A stretch of DNA of 64,000 nt from the human T2T-CHM13v2.0 reference genome, Homo sapiens. A model generated the notes under the pieces. That model searched no databases, had not been told where the DNA came from, and saw nothing but the letters and a program-made list of their open reading frames with translations. Positions within the stretch are counted from its first letter, which is position 1, and each line of letters begins with the position of its first letter. The stretch is from the NCBI RefSeq assembly GCF_009914755.1, contig NC_060929.1; one strand, written 5' to 3'. The position numbers and the translations under genes were made by a program. Shown here one piece after another: positions 47,631-64,000 of the stretch.

Positions 47631-49257
47631 TGAAAAGATTGCTGTCTGCTGCTTTGGAGCATGGATCAGGGGCAGCAAGGGCAGAAATGGACAGAGCACT
47701 TGGGAAGTGACCGCAATGACCCAGGGGAGATGACAGGCCCAGTCCAGGGAGGTGGCCACAGAGATGGCTAACAGCAAAAGATCAGGGAGCTCCTGGAGCA
47801 ATAAAATTGGGAGAATTGAGGACTGAGTTGGAAACGAGGAAGTGGAGGGGAAGGAAACAGCAAGGATGTCTGCTTGGTGCCCGACCCAGATGGATGGACG
47901 GTGTGCCGCTCACCAAGATCAGGAAGAAGGAGGAGGCCCAGGTTTGGGGTGAGAAGCACAGTGCGTGCTTCTGGCTTGCAGAGCCAACTGCTCGTGCCAG
48001 AGGCCGCTCAGAAAGCCTGAGCAGACGGAGCTTGGCACCTTCCCTCCAAAACAGCTCCTCCTGCTGGGTTCCTTTCTCAACGCGAGACACCCCCAACCAG
48101 GCAGGCTCTCAGCCCAGAAAAGGTCTGGGGAGGCCATGGCCAGAGCCCAGGTGCACAGACAAGGTGGGACTCACCACCCAGGGGGACACACAGACTCTGT
48201 CACTGGCCAGGGAGGAGGCAGGCAGTAGGCAGGGAGGTGCTGAAATGGCAGAGAGGCTGGCAAGAGATACGTTGGTGCTGGAATGGAGCTGCCTTCTCTG
48301 CTGCTTGTATGAGTCCCAACAGCAGCTCTGGTCAGATCCAGCATTTTCTCACTTTCACTAGGGCTGTAGCCCCAAAATAAATCTTTAGAAGTGGTGGCTG
48401 TGTAAATCAGCAGCATTTTGGAATTATATCTCTTGATGGATTTGATCGATAGCTAACTGCCTCCCCCACTAAACCCAGAGCTCCGTGACAGCAGGGAAGG
48501 CAAACTTCAAAAATATCAAAAAGCACAACCTTATTAAAAAGGAGAAACACCCCCAGTTCACCAGGAGCACCTTGGATTCAGCTGCTCCTGCCAAGGGTCT
48601 GAACTGCACGGGGGAATGGAGAGAAACAGGTCACGTGGGCCGGGGTCTCTGGGCCCGCTGTGGGGGTGTCAGTTTGCTCATAGGTGGAGACACTCGATGT
48701 GACATTAACAGCACCTTCAAGCCCAAGGACCCAGAGATTCTGACACAAGAACTGAGAACTGATTGCATTTCCGTGACTCAGCGACACCCTCCTACCTGGG
48801 CATGAACCCAGCCCTAGCCAAAGATCCAGAGACCCGACTCCCATCTATTTCCTTTTCCTCTCTCCCTCCCCGTCACCAATTCTACTGGTCAGATGTCCCT
48901 GGGATGCACCTGTCCTCCCCAGCCCCTCCGTTCCCATCGGAGTTCAGGCCTCATCATCTCCTGCCTGGACCATTAGCCTCTTAACTGGCCCCTCCGCTTC
49001 CAGGCTCCCTTCCATATATCCGGGTTCCACCCCGGGGGCCATTCTAAAAGGCAGATCAGGCCCATCCCAGTCTGGCCAGCGGCTCCACATTCACTCAGAC
49101 TCACATCCTGGACCCATGGTCGGGCATTAGAGACCTGCCACGATTCAACATTCCACGGCCTTTCCAGCTTAGGTCCTCATCTCACACTCCCTCTCCTCTG
49201 AGCTCCCCCTGGGAGACTTACAGACACCCCGACGCTTGGCAAGGCCATAGGATGTTT

Positions 49258-49349
49258 TTGTTTGGTTTGGTTTGGTTTTTCTGAGACAGTCTCACTCTGT
49301 CACCCAGGCTGGAGTGCAGTGGCACGATCTTGGCTCACTGCAACCTCCG
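49258..49349 (-). mobile_element. 5'-truncated Alu (about 70 nt of body plus tail) with a 17-bp TSD
   Basis: TSD aaggccataggatgttt at 49241-49257 and 49350-49366. Confidence 0.9.
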
Positions 49350-49519
49350 AAGGCCATAGGATGTTTGGGTCATTCCCTGGGGAGTCCTGTCAGGCCAGGA
49401 ACGAGGGGACCCTGGGAACAAGGTGCTGAGTGGCATCAGGGTCTCTGCCTGCAGGCGGGGGATGTGTCTGGGTCGTGGTTGATGGGAAGAACCTGACCAT
49501 AGATTCCCCATGCAGAGCT

Positions 49520-49705
49520 GACGATTAGCAATTAACTGGGAGGAATCTCAGGGGTGAGGTTAATTGGGGGACAGAGGGAGGGCAGCTAGGGTTCCAGGGA
49601 CTTTGCCCTTGACCCAAGAGTATAAAGAGGAGGGTCTCAGTTCTCCTCAGGGTCCTGGAGGCTTCATTGAGCTGCTGAGCAGAAGCTGAAACACAGAATT
49701 CTAAG
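49520..49705 (+). promoter_or_regulatory. SLC34A1: SLC34A1 core promoter and non-coding exon 1 (about 49650-49705)
   Basis: TATAAA at 49621, HNF1-like ATTAGCAATTAAC at 49524-49536, inverted CCAAT at about 49563, and donor AAG|gtgag at 49705. Confidence 0.8.
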
Positions 49706-49781
49706 GTGAGCCCAGGACCCTCACATCCCAACCCCACCCCCAGCTCTGAGTAGGAAACAGCCCAGCACCCCAGCCCCTTCA

Positions 49782-50124
<343 letters not shown>

Positions 50125-50947
50125 TCAACTCTTCACACCCCTACAACAGCCAAGGACGCTGGGACAATGCGGGGAGTGCTGAGGCAGATCAGGGCACTCC
50201 ACCCCAATAGCCAAGACTCCTGGGGCAGTGCGGGGACAAGGGGGGGCTGAGGCAAGCCTGTCAGTGTTTGTTCATTGCCCCTTGAGGGGGTGGATGGGGA
50301 AAGGAATTCATTGTGAGGGGAACCCAGGAACTCGGGATCCGGCCCAGGGGATCTCCGTGTGTGCCCAGCTGACCCCATGAGAAGGCAGGTGTCTGCAGCT
50401 CCTCCTTGCTCTCCAGGTGGGCAAAACTGAAGCCCGGCCCAGCCCCAGCCCACACCTGCAGCCACTGCCAACACCACGTATTCCCTGGCCCCCTCCAGCC
50501 CCAAACAGGCTGGGCGTCCTCAGTTCTCAGTGTCTTTTATCAATGCTATATCCAAGCCTCTGGTTCGGAGCCTGGGCTAGAGCTCAATAATACTCATTGA
50601 ATGAGTGAATGGTGAATGAATGATCACCTCACCACCACCACACACACCCCTCCGAGACTCACATGCAGGTGCCCAGCACAGATGTGCACATGTGAGTCTG
50701 CATGTGAGTCTCGGAGGGCTGTGGTGGTGATGATGGAGGGTGTGGTTTGCTGGGTGTGTGTTTGTGCGTGTGAGTCTCGGAGGGGTGTGTGTGTGTGGTG
50801 AGGATGGAGGGTGTGCTTTGCTAGGTGTGTATTTGGAATCATGCGCCATGGGGGTTTGTGCAGGTGAGGGTGTGTGGGCATGAGTGTCCCGGACACAGCT
50901 ATTGTCATTCAGCGTTGCTGAGACCCACTGACCTGCAGACCTCATAG

Positions 50948-63504
<12,557 letters not shown>

Positions 63505-64000
63505 GCTGTGGGCCCAGACTACAGCCTGGAATGGGGAAGGCCTGGGGTGGAAAGGCAGGGGAGGGAGGGTGTGTGTAGGTATGTGCATGTGCCTGTGCCA
63601 CCCTGGGTGCCAGTCTCTCCTTCTGTAGCTCCGCAAAGCTCTGGGCTTGTGTGAGAGTGTCGGTGTGTGTGCATGTGTGGGGGTGAGTCTGCATGTGCAC
63701 CTGTCATGTGTAGAAGCTTGTATTTGTGTACAGGTGTGCCAGCCCATGCAGGTGTACACAGACACACCTGTGGGAGGCTGTGTGCAGGCTGCAGGATATC
63801 TGGGTATGATTTCAGGTCCTCTGCACGTGTACACATGACTAGGATAGGCAGGAGTAAGGGTGGGTCTGGGTATATGACTGTGCAGCTGTTTGTGCATAGA
63901 TGTTGGTGCCTGCGTTACTGAATTTGCACACCTCCTTGCCACCTTCCTTCCTCCAAGATACCATCTCCTCATCCTAACCCAGGTCTTCGGCACCACCACA

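Overview
This is human-type (Alu-rich primate) genomic DNA, recognisable as the 5q35.3 locus LMAN2 (minus strand, exons 1-6 of 8 inside the window), RGS14 (plus strand, 15 coding exons, 566 aa) and SLC34A1 (plus strand, NaPi-IIa, 13 exons, 639 aa; the 3'UTR runs off the end). I read the exon boundaries from GT/AG junctions. The summed lengths give complete open frames for RGS14 and SLC34A1, and 790 nt for the partial LMAN2 CDS. The rest is about 40 Alu elements, old L1/MaLR/MER fragments, an Alu-interrupted RPS20 processed pseudogene and several tandem repeats. I found no convincing new gene or biological system, and most ORFs in the six-frame track are Alu or GC-rich artefacts. The most unusual structures are: a 106-bp, 104/106-identical non-transposon inverted repeat around a CpG-rich segment of RGS14 intron 1; an in-frame GTG in near-perfect Kozak context plus a uORF in the RGS14 5'UTR; a (GGGGCC)7 tract in a small RGS14 intron; a 27-bp VNTR of decoy-acceptor-like units just upstream of SLC34A1 exon 11; and several other local inverted duplications.
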